Shown one piece after another: positions 5,041-5,474 of a stretch of 5,474 nt of DNA (position 1 is its first letter; each line of letters starts with the position of its first letter). The translations under genes were made by a program, and so were the position numbers. The notes under the pieces are model-generated. The model was not told where the DNA came from and did no database searches. It saw only the letters and a list, made by a program, of their open reading frames with translations. The stretch lies in the IMG/VR virus record IMGVR_UViG_2698536677_000017. One strand, 5' to 3'. The DNA comes from a virus. Lineage: Duplodnaviria > Heunggongvirae > Uroviricota > Caudoviricetes.

Positions 5041-5223
5041 TCCATCAAGATATCTTTTTAGCATCAGCGTTTCTACGTTATTAAAACCATCAGATTTTAA
5101 CATAGCTTCGATTCGCTGATTTAAATTGCCAACTAACTGTTGATACTGAGTAGATGGAAGCATGTGTACCAGCTCCTTGAGAACACAATAACATGCACCA
5201 AGTTTTAACTCCTGCTCTGACAT
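5029..5223 (-). CDS. Hypothetical small protein, 64 aa, convergent to the previous gene
   Basis: Minus-strand ORF (MSEQELKLGACYCVLKELVHMLPSTQYQQLVGNLNQRIEAMLKSDGFNNVETLMLKRYLDGLIR). ATG (complement of 5221-5223) with a strong GGAGGA SD 4 nt upstream. Its 3' end overlaps the 3' end of the plus-strand gene by 12 bp. The upstream in-frame ATG at 5235 in the ORF track lacks an SD. Confidence 0.6.
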   Translation of the reverse strand: MSEQELKLGACYCVLKELVHMLPSTQYQQLVGNLNQRIEAMLKSDGFNNVETLMLKRYLDGLIR

Positions 5224-5474
5224 TTTATCCTCCATTGAGGTTACTGGTTGAGAATGGAGACCTCTCGTGACAGCGTGTGGTCGAGCGCCGGACACGGATA
5301 AGAATCCGGCACTGACAGTTTACTGAAAGGATATTTCCCTGAAAAGTCAGACCATAACGCGAAAGCGTACGGCGAGGTAGCTGGTTCATAGATAGCCTGT
5401 CGTTAAATTTTCGTCGACCGTGCGCTTCCGGTTGTGGCAATCCGCGAAATGGCGCGGCGGTAAGTATGGCGGGG

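Noticed and set aside
1-5474. Transposase, IS element, integrase, tRNA or attachment site
   Set aside because: No ORF with transposase or integrase character, no terminal inverted repeats and no tRNA-like structure were seen; the window appears to be internal to the prophage.

Overview
This window reads as the immunity and replication core of a lambdoid, Rac-like prophage of an enterobacterium (E. coli/Shigella-type). All calls are from reading the sequence and recalled protein families; no searches were run. On the minus strand, running right to left, is an early-right operon: a Cro-like YdaS-family HTH gene (2983-3285), a YdaT-like gene (2561-2986), a replication-initiator O-like gene (1576-2538) carrying in-frame iterons (about 2047-2195) plus an AT-rich tract, a DnaC-like helicase-loader gene that is split by a frameshift in the Walker-A region (854-1569), a DUF1627/YdaW-like gene (62-832), and the first 15 codons of another gene at the window edge. 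Diverging from a 97-bp operator/promoter region (3286-3382) on the plus strand is a short DicA/RacR-like repressor gene (3383-3754), apparently leaderless, followed 20 nt later by a ParD-like antitoxin and ParE/RelE-like toxin pair (3775-3966, 3968-4246). A long hairpin (4266-4310) and a second operator/promoter block (4317-4358) sharing the same half-site motif as the first follow, then a DUF1391 YdfA/YdaF-like small gene (4538-4690), a coupled acidic 112-aa unknown (4702-5040) and a convergent 64-aa unknown (5029-5223). The most interesting feature is the toxin-antitoxin pair sitting in the exact slot that rexA-rexB occupy in phage lambda, bracketed by OR-like and OL-like operators; it is a candidate repressor-coupled exclusion or abortive-infection module. 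The two small unknown genes and the unassigned final 250 bp are the least explained parts. No tRNA, rRNA, CRISPR array, transposase or attachment site was seen.
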